Shown here piece by piece: positions 38,606-52,448 of a stretch of DNA of 64,000 nucleotides. The position numbers and the translations under genes are program-made. A model generated the notes under the pieces. The model worked only from the letters and a program-made list of their open reading frames with translations, ran no database searches and was not told where the DNA came from. Location: positions 108,006,001-108,070,000 of the forward strand of contig CM059432.1 of assembly GCA_030390025.1 (NCBI GenBank), given 5' to 3'. Within the stretch, counting starts at the first letter, position 1. Each line of letters begins with the position of its first letter. This stretch comes from Squalus acanthias. Its lineage: Eukaryota.

Positions 38606-41600
38606 TTAAATCACGTCCATGTAAACTGGTGACCAGAGTTGCAAGACAGTGGTCAAAATATAGAAGGTTGTGGAAAGGACACAGTGATGTTAAGGTAAGT
38701 ATATTTCATTTCTTAAAAAATGTTTCTCAATTCTTTTCTTCCTGCTGGCATGTAAATTCTCGACCCCTTATGCCATTTGTTGGAAGTTATGTTTTCTTTT
38801 TGCTCCTCACACCATTACTGATACCAACAGACTTTCCAATGGGAATCCCCCTACCTGAGTGTTTGGAAGATGAAGAAGACTAAAGGAGGGATGCCAGGCA
38901 GCCAAGCCGCACAAGAGCTTCTCTGTGCCCACCTGATAATACCTGCCTACCCATATCTGCAGATGGAGGTGAACATACCTCACTTTAGCAGATGATTAGT
39001 GCAGGTGAAGGCTCCTATCCCTAAAGGAAGCTGGGACAGCAGACCCAATGGTACCATTAAAATACATGAATCGTTGTTGGATCTTCCTGAAAAGCACCCC
39101 AATTACAGTATCCAGTGGCACCACATGAAAGAAAGCATGTCATGGTGATTAACAGCCAGTGTACCTTAATTAGTCGCACCCACTGAGAAACCACCAACAA
39201 TATCTGCAGACCCTGGCACTCTTACCTGGCAATGACCCAGGTCTTCCCAGGGTCTGGGTCAGCAGAGAGGTAGGTGCAGAGCTTTGTCATCAGCTGCAAG
39301 GAGACCTGCAGCTATCATGCAGCACAGGGCTGGCACATCACTTGACTGCAGAGTCACACCTACACCTTTCATTGTTGCCTATCTCCTCAGTATTTTGTCT
39401 CTTCGTCCTTGGTAAGGGCTAATAATAAGTTAAGATACTGTTAGAGACTCTCCAAAGGCTTTCAGAGTTTTCTCATCCTGTTGTGATACTCCCCTTTAAT
39501 TGTCCCATCCCTTCAAATTTCACTTACACACAACTTTCCACTCCCACCACTCTGCACCCATCTAAATCTGAAATTGATGTTACGCCAATGAGCTGATTTT
39601 GGAAAATTGGGTGCAAACAGCACACTTCGATTTGAGCCCTGCCCAGAGACTGCACCAACAGAGAAAAATCAAGGTCCAGCTCCCCGAATAAGCTCATAGC
39701 CAGAATCATTGTTAATACTCAGAATTAGTAAATAGGATCAGGAAATTTTGCAGAGGTTTGGGATGTATCACCAGGGCTGCTGGCGTCCATTTAATGCCCT
39801 TATTATACTTTGAGTTTCTGGGCACCTCCAGCTGTTATAATGAAGATGGCACAGCCAGGAGTGCAGCATCATGCCATCTGCTTGGTGCATCTTGCCAAAG
39901 ATTGCAGGGACAAAATGTTGTTTGAAAAACAAAGCATAACGGGGGTGGTTTTTTTCAGTTTGCAGCCTTAAATTTACAATGTTCTAGAATTTACAGCACA
40001 GAAGGCTCATCGCACGTCTGCCGGTGCTAGCTCTTCAACTGGAGCCATCAGCCAAACTTCCTACCCACCTCAAGTGACCCAGCATCCGCAGCCTTTTGGG
40101 GGAAGAGAGTTCCAGATTTGCAAAATTTGCAATTCCAGCAGAAATTCACAATCAACAATCTAACACTATAACACGCTCCAAAAGCATTCTTCTTTCAAAT
40201 GATAGGCGCCGGATATCAGGATCCCTGCTCTCATCAGGTGTATGAATGCAAGATAATCCTTTGGTCAGGTGTTTCCTGCTTTTTCTGAGCAATCTACATT
40301 TGCTGCAGCTCACTTGTCCTCAGTGCATCAGCCAGTGATCTGCCTTCACTCTGTCTCTCGGCCCCCCCACCCCCAACCAAGTCTGTTTGCCAGAGTGAGA
40401 TTGAGTGATGGGTTCTCGCATGAGATGCATGAGAAGTGCAGTTAAGAAGGTCCTACCACAGCTTCTTCTGCCATATCTGCAGACACAGAAAGAGGAAAAG
40501 GATGACCAACAACTCCTCATTGCAACTTGTTGCCAGGCAGCCTTCACCAGAGTAACTGACTTGGAACTGCTGTTTAAGGCAAGCTTTCATGTACATGTGT
40601 GACTGAATAGAATGGAGAATAAAGGAAGGATAAATGTTGGGCAAAGCCTAAGCTGGGGCCATGCCTCCTGCTTCTTTCTTCAAGTCTCAGCCTTGGATTG
40701 CAAGGACCTCTTCCTTAAAGAGAGGATGTAGCTTTGCTGGATCTCCTCCCATTGTTGCCCTCTCCCTCTTGTTATGTGCTGTCTTCTCTTGCAAAAGCAG
40801 AGTCGTTGACATTGGTGGTCAGTCAAATCCCAGTCTGAGTGCTATTTGTAGGTATTGGGAACAGGCTGTAATGCAGCATGCAGGCATGGCATATGGAAGG
40901 AGTTGTCAGGGCCTTGTCTAGTGTAGGCCCCAGCTGAAGATGCTGGGCAAGGGAGGTACTAGGAATTGCACAATGCAGCCTAAAAGGTGACCGTTGAAAA
41001 ACTGAAGGCATACTGAAGGAATGCATGGGGAGGAGATGAGAATTTATACCTCCAGTGCCAAAATGACAAGAGGTTTCCTACATTGCCACTCTTGATGAGA
41101 CTATTGAACTTTTTTTGACAATTCTCCCACATCCTCTGAATTCACATTCAGCACACCAGCCACGTCCTGCTGAGTCATGTACCCCAAATATTGGGCACTC
41201 AACAGCCAACTCTGGGGAACACCAGCTGCACTTGCTGCAGCAAGACTTCCATGGTCTCCCCTTGCAAATGGGATGTCCTTCTCCTTCCCACACTGCTGCC
41301 AGACATCTTCAGTTGCAGAGACCTGAACTGCTGCCGCCTTTTTAAACTGCTGTAGGTGTTTAAGGATTGTATCAGTACCTGAATTCCCTCCTTTTCACGG
41401 GCTTGTGCTAAATCCCAGACATTAGCCTGTGTTGCACATTCCTGCAGCATGTCAGAGGTGCGGGAAGCGGGGAGCCTGCGCACTTCCCTCGTGGGGCCTA
41501 GAGGAGCAGTCCTGGCGTTGGGGTCCCATTGACGTAATAGGACCATGATTTGCGTAAATGTGTGAGGCTCCTGCTGACTTGGGCAAATGCCTCATGTACC

Positions 41601-42754
41601 TGATAAATCAGGCATTTTAAAATCGTGATGGTCGGGGTAATTCACCCACTCCATTTTAGCCGCCCACCCCACTCTGGGCCCGGTTTCCGCTGAGCGAAGG
41701 GGTAGTTAAAAGTGTTTAATGCATCTCATTCATGTCAGAGCCAATCTTACCAAAGATGTGAGGAAAAGCAACAGCAATTTGATCCTTGAGGGCCCCCCAC
41801 CACCCCTGCCCCTGCCCCCGAGTGTGTGTACTGATTGTGCAAGACTGTAACTTTCTATGATTCTATGATTCTATGAAACCCTTTACACTAACACGGTCTC
41901 TCCTCAGGAAAACAGCTGGGGGAAGTTTGTTAAACCCAGCCATTGGAATGTGGCACTTTAACACAAACAGAGAGCACAGATCCCACCAACAAGAACAAAA
42001 GGTCTTACAGGACAGAAGTTAGCGCTAACCTTCGAAGTCCCAGTGTGTGCACCTGTCGCGCAAAGGATTACGCCTCGAATGTTAATTTGTAAGTAAGGTG
42101 GCCCCCATGACTGAATACTCCACGTGGAGTTCTGTCACATGAATCTCTGTGCCCAGGATGCTAGTTCTTAAAGTTTACCCTGTATTCTGAGAAACACAGT
42201 TTGAAATTATGCAAATTTTGAAAACCAAATTATAGTTCTGAGCTGCAAACACTGAGAGAGCATCAAGCTGGTAGGAACAACGTAACTGTAATTGGTTAAC
42301 TCCTCATACTTATTGAGGTGATACTTCAAATAAATGTCCTATATTGAGGTCCAAACAGCATAACATTCCTTTTCAGAAATATGTGGCAATTATTGCCTCA
42401 CTTAGATTGAATGGCCCAGAATTATATCCTAAGCATCTGGAAGTAAGAGTTTTGCCTGCTGGCTCCATATGGCAGACACTAGCCATGATTTCCCATTCCA
42501 TTAATTATAATGAATAGAATATCGTAAGCAGCGCAAGCCCACGGGTGTTCCTGGTGAACGGAGCCATCACGCCTGGACGCTAAAGACCAAAATCTAGGCT
42601 AATAACTCTGAATGAACAGGGGACTATAAGCCATCTGCAAGTACGTCACAAACAATGCGGCTGCAGCTTTATGTAAGGGTTCGCAACCCAGGAAGAAGAT
42701 GCCATGGCACAATGTAAAAGCCACACACTGACACTACTTCCATGGACTATACAG

Positions 42755-45700
42755 GTGTCAGCCTTGGCTCAGTGGTAGTGCTCTCATCTCTGAGTCAGAA
42801 GGTTGTGGGTTCAAGCCCTAATCCAGAGACTTAAAAAAAAATCATTCTCAGGATGTAGGCGTCGCTGGCAAGGCCGGCATTTATTGCCCATCCCTAGCTG
42901 CCCTTCAGAAGGTGGTGGTGGGCCTTCTTCTTGAACCACTGCAGTCCGAATCGAATAACTAGGGAGGTAGATAGGGCTTTAAACTAAATAAGGGGGAGGG
43001 TCCCGGTGGAGAGAAATCTAGAATGCTAAAGAGAAAAGACAAGGAAGCAGTGCAGGAAAGTGATGGGGTAAGGACAGCCAGATTGTGTCAGGAAGGGACA
43101 GAGCGTACAAACAAAGGAGTGGACTAACAAATAGGGTAAGAAAAAATGGTAATAAGACAAATAGGGCCATAGTACAAAAAAATGTCAAGATGTCTAAAAA
43201 TGTTTCAAAGACAAATCTAAAGGCACTGTATCTGAATGCACAAAGCATTCGTAATACGGTAGACGAATTATCAGCGCAAATAGATGTAAACGGATACGAT
43301 ATAACTGCGATTACGGAGACATGGCTGCAGGGTGACCAAGGCTGGGAGTTGGATATTCGATATTTAGGAAGGACAGGCAAAAAGGAAAAGGAGGTGGGGT
43401 GGCGTTGTTAGTAAAGGATGAAATCAGAGCAATAGTGAGAAAGGATATTGGCTCAGAAAATCAGGATGTAGAATCAGTCTGGGTGGAGCTAAGAAGCACC
43501 AAGGGGCAGAAAACATTGGTGGGAGTTGTCTATAGGCCTCCAAACAGTAGTGGCAATGTAGGGGATGGCATCAAACAGGAAATTAGAGATGAATGTAACA
43601 AGGGTACTACAGTAATCATGGGTGACTTTAATCTACATATAGACTGGCCAAAGCAAATTAGCAATAATACTGTGGAGGATGAATTCCTGGAGTGTGTACA
43701 AGATGCTTTTTTAGACCAGTATATTGAGGAGCCAACTAGGGAACAGGCTATCCTAGATTGGGTATTGTGCAATGAGAAGGGGTTAATTAATAATCTTGTT
43801 GTGTGGGGTCATTTAGGGAAGAGAGACCATAACATGATAGAATTCTTCATTAAGATGGAAAGTGAAGAAGTCCAATCTGAAGCTAGGGTCCTAAATCTAA
43901 ACAAAGGAAACTACAAATGTATGAGCAGTGAGTTGGCTATGATAGATTGGTGAGCTTCATTAAAAGGCATGACGGTGGATAAGCAATGGCTAACATTTAA
44001 GGAACGAATACATGAATTGCAACAGTTATACATTCCTTTCTGGTGCAAAAACACAAAAGGAAAAGTGGCACAACCATGGCTAACAAAAGAAATTAAGGAT
44101 AGTATTAGATCCAAAGAGGAGTCATATAAAGTTGCCAGAAAAAGTAGCAAGCCTGAGGATTGGGAGCAGTTTAGAGTTCAGCAAAAAATGACCAAGAGAT
44201 TGATAAAGAGGGGGAAAAATAGAGTATGAGAGTAAACTTGCAAGGAACATAAAAGTGGATTGCAAAAGCTTCTACAAGTATGTAAAAAGAAAAAGATTAG
44301 TGAAGACAAATGTAGGTCCCTTACAGTCAGAAACTGGAGAATTTATAATGGGAAACAAGGAAATGTCAGGGCAATTAAACAAATACTTTGGTTCTGTCTT
44401 CACGGAAGAGGACACAAATAACTTCCCAGAAATGCTAGGGAACCAAGGGTCTAGTGAGAAGGAGGAATTAAAGGAAATTAGTATTAGTAAAAAAATAGTG
44501 CTGGAGAAATTAGTGGGACTGAAAGCCGATAAATCCCCAGGGCCTGATAATCTGCATCCCAGAGTACTAAAAGAGGTAGCCATGGAAATAGTGGATGCAT
44601 TGGTTGTTATCTTCCAAAATTCTATGGATTATGGAACAGTTCCTGCAGATTGGAGGGTGGCAAATGTAACCCCACTATTTAAAAAAGGAGGGAGAGAAAA
44701 CAAGGAACTACAGACCGGTTAGCCTAACATCAGTAGTAGAGAAAATGCTAGAGTCTATTATAAAGGATGTGATAACAGGACACTTAGAAAATATCAACGG
44801 GATTCGACAAAGTCAACATGGATTTATGAAAGGGGAATTGTGTTTGACAAACTTACTGGAGTTTTTTGAGGATGTAACTGGTAGAATAGATAAGAGAGAA
44901 CCAGTGGATGTGGTGTATTTGGATTTTCAGAAGGCTTTTGATAAAGTCCCACATAAGAGGTTAGTGTGCAAAATTAAAGCACATGGGATTGGGGGTAATA
45001 TACTGGTATGGATTGAAAATTGGTTAACAGACAGGAAACAGAGAGTAGGAATAAATGGGTCTTTTTCGGGGTGGCAGGCGGTGACTAGTGGGGTATCGCA
45101 GGGATCAATGCTTGGGCCCCAGCTATTCAAAATATATATCAATGATTTGGATGAGGGAACCAAATGTTATATTTCCAAGTTTGCTGATGACACAAAACTA
45201 GGTGGGGTTGTGAGGAGGATGCAAAGAGGCTTCAAGGCGATTTAGACAAGTTGAGTGAGTGGGCAAATACATGGCAGATGCAGTATAACGTGGATAAATG
45301 TGAAGTTATCCACTTCGGTAGGAAAAACAGAAAGGCAGTGTATTATTTAAATGGTGATAGATTGGGAAATGTTGATGTACAGAGGGACCTGGGTGTCCTT
45401 GTACACCAGTCACTGAAAGCAAACATGCAGGTGCAGCAAGCAGTTAGAAAGGAAAATGGAATGTTGGCCTTCATTGCAAAAGGATTTGAGTACAGGAGCA
45501 AGGATGTCTTACTACAGTTATACAGGGCCTTGGTGAGACCACACCTGGAGTACTGTGTGCCGTTTTGGTCTCCTTACCTAAGAAAGGATATATTTGCCAT
45601 AGAGGGAGTGCAGCAAAGGTTCACCAGACTGATTCCTGGGATGGCAGGACTGTTGTATGAAGAGAGATTGGGTCGACTAGGCCTGTATTCACTAGAGTTT

Positions 45701-46550
45701 AGAAGAATGAGAGGGGATCTCATTGAAACGTATAAAATTCTGACAGGGCTAGACAGACTGGATGCAGGGAGGATATTTCCCCTGGCTGGGGGGTCTAGAA
45801 TGAGGGGGTCACAGTCTCAGGATACGGGGGAGAACATTTAGGACTGAGATGAGGAGAAATTTCTTCACTCAGAGGGTGGTGAACCTGTGGAATTCTCTAC
45901 CACAGAAGGCTGTGGAGGCCAAGTCACTGAATATATTTAAGAAGGAGATAGATAGTTCTAGACACAAAAGGCATCAAGGGGTATGGGGAAAGAGTGGGAA
46001 TATGGGATTGAGATAGAGGATCAGCCATGATCATACTGAATGGCGGAGCAGGCTCAAAGGGCCGAATGGCCTACTCCTGCTCCTATCTTTCTATGTTTCT
46101 ATGCCCGTGTGGTGAAGGAATTCCCACAATGCTGTTAGGTAGGGAGTTCCAGGATTTTGACCAAGAGACTTGAGCACACAAACTAGGCCGATGCTTCAGT
46201 GCAGTACTGAGGGGGTGCTGCACTGTCGGAATTGCTGCCTTTCCAATGAGGCATTAAACCGAGGGCCCGTCTGCTTCCTCAAGTGGTCGTTCAAGAACCC
46301 ATGACACTATTTGTAGAAGAGCAGGGGAGTTCTCACCGATGTACTGGCCAACATTTATCCCTCAATCAACATCACATAAAACAGATTATCTGGTCATTTA
46401 TCTCTTTGCTGTTCTGGGATCTTGCTGTGCTGCCATGTCTCCCCACATTTCAACAGTGACTACATTTGAAGAGTACTTCATTAGCTGTAAAGCACTTTGA
46501 GACATCCAGAGGTTGTGTAAGGTGTTGTATAAATGCAAGTTCTTTCTTTC
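42755..46550 (+). mobile_element. DeuSINE split by nested LINEs (head 42755-42832, body 46165-46550)
   Basis: agagactt duplication flanks a minus-strand Zenon-like LINE 3' end (42833-42948 and 46104-46163), which is itself split by a CR1. Confidence 0.8.
42950..46103 (+). mobile_element. Near-complete CR1 ORF2 (APE endonuclease + RT), frameshifted
   Basis: Consecutive ORFs 43085-45841 with LYLNAQSI, ITETWL, YRPPN, GDFN, DFQKAFD and FADD; (TTTCTATG)n tail. Confidence 0.95.
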
Positions 46551-46711
46551 ATATAACTAGCTCAGTGCATAGTCAGCACAGTTACTAAAAGCAAATGGTG
46601 ATGACATTTCCTGTCTGTGACTGAAACAGTGACAAGCTTCATCCTGCATGTCTTCTGTGATATAAGCCTAGGTAGGCCTGGGTAAACAGTGTGGTTGTAA
46701 AGTCAGCTGAC

Positions 46712-46840
46712 CTGTGACGGGCTGGTGACATTGATCTCGGGAACAAAGTTGTCCTCGAAGAAGTTGATGATGTTTTCTTGCTGCAGTTCCTTTGTTGGAG
46801 TGAGTTTTGGCGGTGGTGGGACTGGAGGCCCTTTTCTCAG
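46712..46840 (-). CDS. AMPH: Amphiphysin exon [43 protein letters not shown] (FxDxF AP-2-binding motif)
   Basis: gtatctag|CTG acceptor, CAG|gtcagc donor; 129 nt, phase 0-0; FFEDNF motif characteristic of amphiphysin 1. Confidence 0.95.
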
Positions 46841-47076
46841 CTAGATACAACAGGGGGAAAGAAGAAGTAAAAAAGAGAGATATAAAAACAAGCCCTGCAC
46901 AGAAACAAAAGCATCAAAGATTCCGCAATCTTGCGCTCCCAGGAATTTCACTGCGGGGAACCGTGGACCGAAGTCCTGGATTTCATGTCCTTTAATTTTG
47001 ATGGAGTGCTGGATTGTGGAATCGTCCTTCAGAATAGGGGATTCTGACAAAGCTGACAATACTTCGAGAAACACAG

Positions 47077-47694
47077 GAGCCCCGATTTTAACAGCGGGCC
47101 AGTTTTGAGCGAGTGAGCAGCAGTGTGAGATAGAAACTCACCCGCTGCCCCAGAAATGAGGCCCCGAGTATTTTAAATCACTGGCTTCATTTAAATCCTG
47201 CCGGCTGACCTCCCACCCGATCTGGGCGGGAAGCGGTGGGAAATCATGGGCTTAGAGTCCAGCCCCCAACAGCAGGCGGCAGGATCGTCTGCTGGGCAAT
47301 CCCGTGGGGGTCCCGCGATTGGGGGTGGTGGGGGGGCGTGATCGAAGCATGGGAAGCCTAAGGTTTCCCCGTGGGGCCCAGAGTAGCACTCCTGCTCCTC
47401 CTGGCCCTACAAGGAAAGTAAAAAAATATTTAAAACTTACCTTTCCGAGCCTCTCCTATCTTCAACCTACTTCCTCGCTGTGTTGGCCTGGCGGGAAACT
47501 CACTGCTGCTTCCCGGTCGGGCTGCCTGGTAAACATTACAGTCAGATCCTGCTGACATCATCAGGAGCTGATGTGCATATGTTAAAAAGGACCCCACCAA
47601 CTTTGGGTGGGCGTCCTCACAGGTAAATGACCTGTGCAATTTTAATTGCCCACCTACCCAGTTTTTGTTGGGTGAGGAGAGTTAAAATCACTCC
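47077..47694. mobile_element. Harbinger-type MITE related to the 36983 element
   Basis: Ends gattttaac / gttaaaatc; shares the ctcctgctcc..tggccc block with about 37720 and (reversed) about 61980. Confidence 0.55.
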
Positions 47695-48507
47695 CAGAGT
47701 CTATGGAATTCCAGTGGGGCATAACAATGCATAGCTTATTATGTTCACATTTTGGGATGGAACTCGGATCTGGTGGGATTCCGCTCAGTGTAAAGTACGG
47801 CCCAAACACTGGGTGGGGGGCAGGGCTAATGGATATTCTACCCGCTCCCCTTTCCTCACATCTCAAAACAGCTTTGGGGGCTTATCTGGGGGAGTTCTTA
47901 GACTGCCCTGGGAATTCCAGTCAATCTGAAGGCCCAGTGGAAGTCACAGCAGCTGAGAGTTGGCAAGCTTTCTGTACTGGGCCTTGCCAAAAGCCTCATA
48001 AGTTCCCAGGCATAGCTTAAAATTAAGGTCCACATTTCCTTGGCAATTACTCTACCATCAGAACAGCAAGACGCTGCTCCCATTTCCCAGCCTGCAGTTG
48101 GGTTGGGCGCCTATTTGAATCATGTAGGCGCAGGCCCTCTGCTCCAACTATTTAAACGGCACCATCCCCACGATTGGGGACAGTGACCGGGTCAACAGCT
48201 GTCGCCACTTCCAGCAGCGAATCACAGTGCCTGACAATACAGGGCCAGAGAATACGGAAAAGGGGCAACAGGTGTTTGTCATGGGTTAACAATTGTCGAG
48301 AGCCTCACACCCAAAACATTTGCCTTACTGACGCTGAGTGAACTGTGCTGTGTATTTGCAGTTTTTCCATGTTTGTTTCCATCATTTTTTTCCCTTTCTC
48401 TCATTACTTTTACCTGCATTTTATGTGCTCCTTTAATGCGTTTTACACAACAGAACTTTACCCGAATCCAGCATCCGCGGTATTTTACTTTTGTTTTAGA
48501 ACTTTAC

Positions 48508-48658
48508 CTGAGATGGCGACTTGGGGCGAGTCGGAGTATGAGCTGGTGATGCTGCCAAAGGTGCCAAAGTATGGTTAGGGCTGGCCACAGGACTACCGGG
48601 TGGAGATGGTTCTTCCGGTGGTGTCGGGGTCTTGGAAATTCGCAGCGGCCCCGAGTCA
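48508..48658 (-). CDS. AMPH: Amphiphysin proline-rich exon, DSGPLRISKTPTPPEEPSPPGSPVASPNHTLAPLAASPAHTPTRPKSPSQ
   Basis: cctgttacag|T acceptor, CAG|gtaaag donor; 151 nt, phase 2 to phase 0; inside ORF 48496..48723; matches the recalled amphiphysin DSGPLRIAKTPSPPEEPSP...SPSQ segment. Confidence 0.95.
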
Positions 48659-48760
48659 CTGTAACAGGACAGCAGAGCATACAGCCATAAATTAGCTGTT
48701 GATATTATAAGAGGATTATACATACCTTGTCACAGTAATACTGGGTCTGACCAAAAATCC

Positions 48761-49253
48761 ATAGAACATAAGAAATAGGAGCAGGAGTAGGCCATTTGGC
48801 CCCTCGAGCCTGCTCTGCCATTCAATAAGATCATGGCTAATCTGATCTTGGCCTCAACTCCACTTCCCTGCCCACTCCCCATAACCCTTGACTCCCTTAT
48901 TGTTCAAAAATCTGTCTATCTCCACCTTAAATATATTCAATGACCCAGCCTCCACAGCTCTCTGGGGTACAGAATTCCAAAGATTCACGACCCTCTGAGA
49001 GAAGAAATTCCTCCTCATCTCCGTCTTAAATGGGCGACCCCTTATTCTGAAACTATGCCCCCTAGTTCTAGATTCCCCCACGAGGGGAAACATCCTCTCA
49101 GCATCTACCCTGCCAAGCCCCCTCAGAATCTTATATGTTTCAATAAGATCCCCTCTCATTCTTCTAAACTCCAATGAGTATAGGCCCAACCTGCTCAACC
49201 TTTCTTCATAAGACAACCCCTTCATCTCAGGAATCAACCTAGTGAACCTTCTC
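48761..49253 (-). mobile_element. CR1 3' fragment ending about 100 bp upstream of the AMPH 48658 acceptor
   Basis: ORF 48854..49237 and 3' UTR. Confidence 0.92.
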
Positions 49254-50129
49254 CAGGCCTATAATTGTGCCACCCTTCTCCAATCATCTGCCAAACACAC
49301 TTCACACAAGCTTCTGGGATTTGTCTCATTGTTAAGTGAAGTATTATCCAGATTAAAGCTTCAACTTCTGCTTCACTGTTCAATCACACACAGCGCACTG
49401 AACTCTTCCAGCACTGAATAAGAGGTTTTGAACACAGCCACAATTCAGCCTTGTATTCTCACCATTTACCCTGACACAGGATAACATGTAAATAGTCTGG
49501 AGACATTTATCAGGAAGGGCAGTCCTGAGAATGAAGAGCTTTGTTTTATACTTAAGCTATCCATTTCTTAATTCTAAAACACAAACAGGAACATTAGACT
49601 AATTATAAAGGGATTGGATATCCAAACATACTCAATAACTAAACATAAACACAAACAACAGATATCTAGGATAAATGCATAAAGCAAGAAAAGCAGATTG
49701 ATATTTACAGTCAGCAGGGGCAATATCAAACATTAATAAGATTTACCACCTGGTACTAATCTTGCTTCATCTTAGTTTTTGACAGAAGGCCAAGATCTAA
49801 GCCTCCTTAGCCGGACTAAAGCCCACATGATTTGGTATTCCTAACCACAATCATGGATCTGTTTAAAAGCTAATCATTCCTACTAGCAACTGTTCTACAT
49901 CACACACACTCCAAACCTACCTCCATCTCCTTTGTCAACAGTAGCAAAAAGCAGTGTGAAATAGCATCAAACATTTGATTATATCCAATTGTTAATGGTT
50001 TGAAACATAACTTTGACATGACAAAGATCTACTTCAGTGATAAGAACCCAGTAGTAATCAAACTAGACTTTTCGAAAGAATTTCAGAAATTAAGAATTGA
50101 GAATGGGCCTTTCAGCCCATCAAGCCCAA

Positions 50130-50445
50130 TCTTTCCACATCCCATGGATACTCTACCCACCTACTTAATCTCCTTCCACAACCCATGCACACTCTACCCT
50201 ATCATGGACTCGAATCCACCCATTTAAACAACTTCCACAACCCATGGACACTCTACCATATCATAGTCTCTACCCCACCTATTTAAACTCCTTTCCACAG
50301 CCCATGTACACTGTAACATATCATGGACTCTGCTTCACCCATTTAGCCTCCTTCCACAACCAATATACACTTTACCCTATCACGGACTCTACCCCACCCA
50401 TTTAATCTCCTTCCACAGTCCATATATATTATACCCTATCATGGG
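50130..50445. repeat. Degenerate tandem repeat, period about 59-60 bp, about 5 copies
   Basis: ttccaca anchor at 50174, 50233, 50293, 50352 and 50411. Confidence 0.85.
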
Positions 50446-51834
50446 TCTGGTAACCTTTCTGGGTGTTGATCTCCAATAGAAACCAGGAGGTCCTGTGGCC
50501 TATAGTCAGTCCCACAGTTGCAGACCTCTCAGGCACTTGTGTTTGCACCCCAGTTCCCTGATGCAATGCCCCGCCAGAGGACAGTCATGTTCCAGTGATG
50601 TAAATGTAGCATGCTGACAACCCAACAAATTCAGGCACCCTGAGGCTTAGTTAGATGCAGTGTACTTTGGGTGTGCTAGGCCTGGTCAAATGGCCTCGTT
50701 AAAGGGGTGGGGGGAGGGGGGAAATTGAGGTATTTATTATTGTAGCGCCTGTATTATGTAGGGAAACACAGTCATCAAATCATGAAAATATGCATATAAG
50801 GTTCTTTTTGGCAGCCAGGTGTCTGATCCATACACACAGAAACACAGACGTACACACACACGTACACAAACTCAGCACTGCATTTAAAAGTTTCAAAAAT
50901 AAACTAGAGAAACCCACACATGTAGAGTCTCTGTTGGCTTGATATGGAGTGGACACTCTCCCCCTGTAGGAGTTTAACCATCTAAAATCATATGTACGTT
51001 TACTAGATGATGAGATTGCACGAGCACTAACATTAGATAGAAACTGCAAATGGGACTGTCCATCCTTTAACATGAAACCAACTCTTCCTTCATTTGTGAA
51101 AGGGAGAGGCCTGTTACTAGAAGTTCATGAGTTTGAAGAGCTCCACGCTGAAGAACCAATTTAGGATATGACTTCTGCCCAAATATGGCAACAGGCAATA
51201 CCCTGGAGAGCCTTTTGCCTTTCTGCTCAGAGTACTTCACGTTGATGGTCTGAATTCAGAACTTGTTAGCCTCAGGCACAGTGAAAATTGAGATCTCCGA
51301 GATTAACACTTGCTAGCAAAGTGGAAGATGAGCAGCCATTAGTTTGGCTGCTGATTAGTGGGTCAATACTGATCCTGGTTTTACTAAAAGTTTTGAACAC
51401 AAAATGAATTACATGAACATAGGCACACAGAAACAAGGGTAGGCCATTCAGCCCCTTGAACCCATTCCAGCATTCAAGCAGATCGTGACTGATCTGTGCC
51501 TAAATAGCCCCAACAAAAATGAGGTTTTCAATAAACATCCCCTCAGTGGTGTGAAGTGGAAACCAGGACTGTCAGCAGGGATCATGTGAGCAAAAGCTTT
51601 AAGTGCCAATCAAAGGTAAAATTGAGTGGGTGTAAAACAGGAGGCTGGCCCGATCCCATCAGTTTCCCGGCGGGGGAGGGGGTTAGGTTAAAATGATCCT
51701 CCTCCAGATTTACAAATGATACTTCAATGGGGACCCCCTTACTGTAAAATTGTCCCTTATGTTTGTCGAGCACATTGTGCAAATTTCTCTTAAAATAAGG
51801 CGATGATGATTTAAGTTTCCACTAGGTACAATAC

Positions 51835-51917
51835 CTGGGTGCGCCTTGGATGGTAAATGCTTTATCAGCATGCTGCTCTCCGAGCTTACTCATTATTTCA
51901 TACAGTTTGTGGCAGAG
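51835..51917 (-). CDS. AMPH: Amphiphysin coding exon (end of BAR domain), LCHKLYEIMSKLGEQHADKAFTIQGAP(S)
   Basis: ttttctag|CTC acceptor, CAG|gtattg donor; 83 nt ending in phase 2; near-identical to recalled amphiphysin LCHKLYEVMTKLGDQHADKAFTIQGAPS. Not in the ORF track. Confidence 0.95.
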
Positions 51918-52448
51918 CTAGAAAACAAAAGGAAACAACTATGAAATGTTATCTCCAAATAAACACTGGAAGTGGTATGGTAATAACCAGCTGCTTTTAT
52001 TTCCAGACCCTCTAAAAAACAACACAAGAGAAGACATTGGAGTGTAATTGCTACAAAGTGCTTACTCCCATCAGGGGGCCCATCTAGTGTTCAGTTAATA
52101 ATATGCAAATGCCATACATATTATGAAGGACTCCTCTTTGAACGACACCATTGGAGATTAAAAGAGCGTAGACTTTAAGACACAGTACATCCAGCGACAG
52201 GAGAGCATATTCAGGCACAAATATCAGCGGGTCCATGAATCACATGGGCCAGGAATCAGATCGACTCACCTCCGCAGGCAAGTTCTTGATATGTGCTCCT
52301 GTCATGCAAAGTTCTACACCAGCAATCCTAAATCGTACAATTTATCCCAATATTTTCAGTCCTTTTATTTCTTAATATTTTCAATGAACAGTATTATTTA
52401 AAATGTCAAATAATTTCTATTGCTCCCTAAGCTGCACACTATAAAAGA

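Noticed and set aside
39524..39709. ORF containing ELDLDF as the AMPH clathrin-box exon
   Set aside because: No DPF or flanking similarity and no convincing splice sites; treated as a chance match.
42179..42186. 8-nt microexon candidate
   Set aside because: Frame-shifting length, weak support and no homology.
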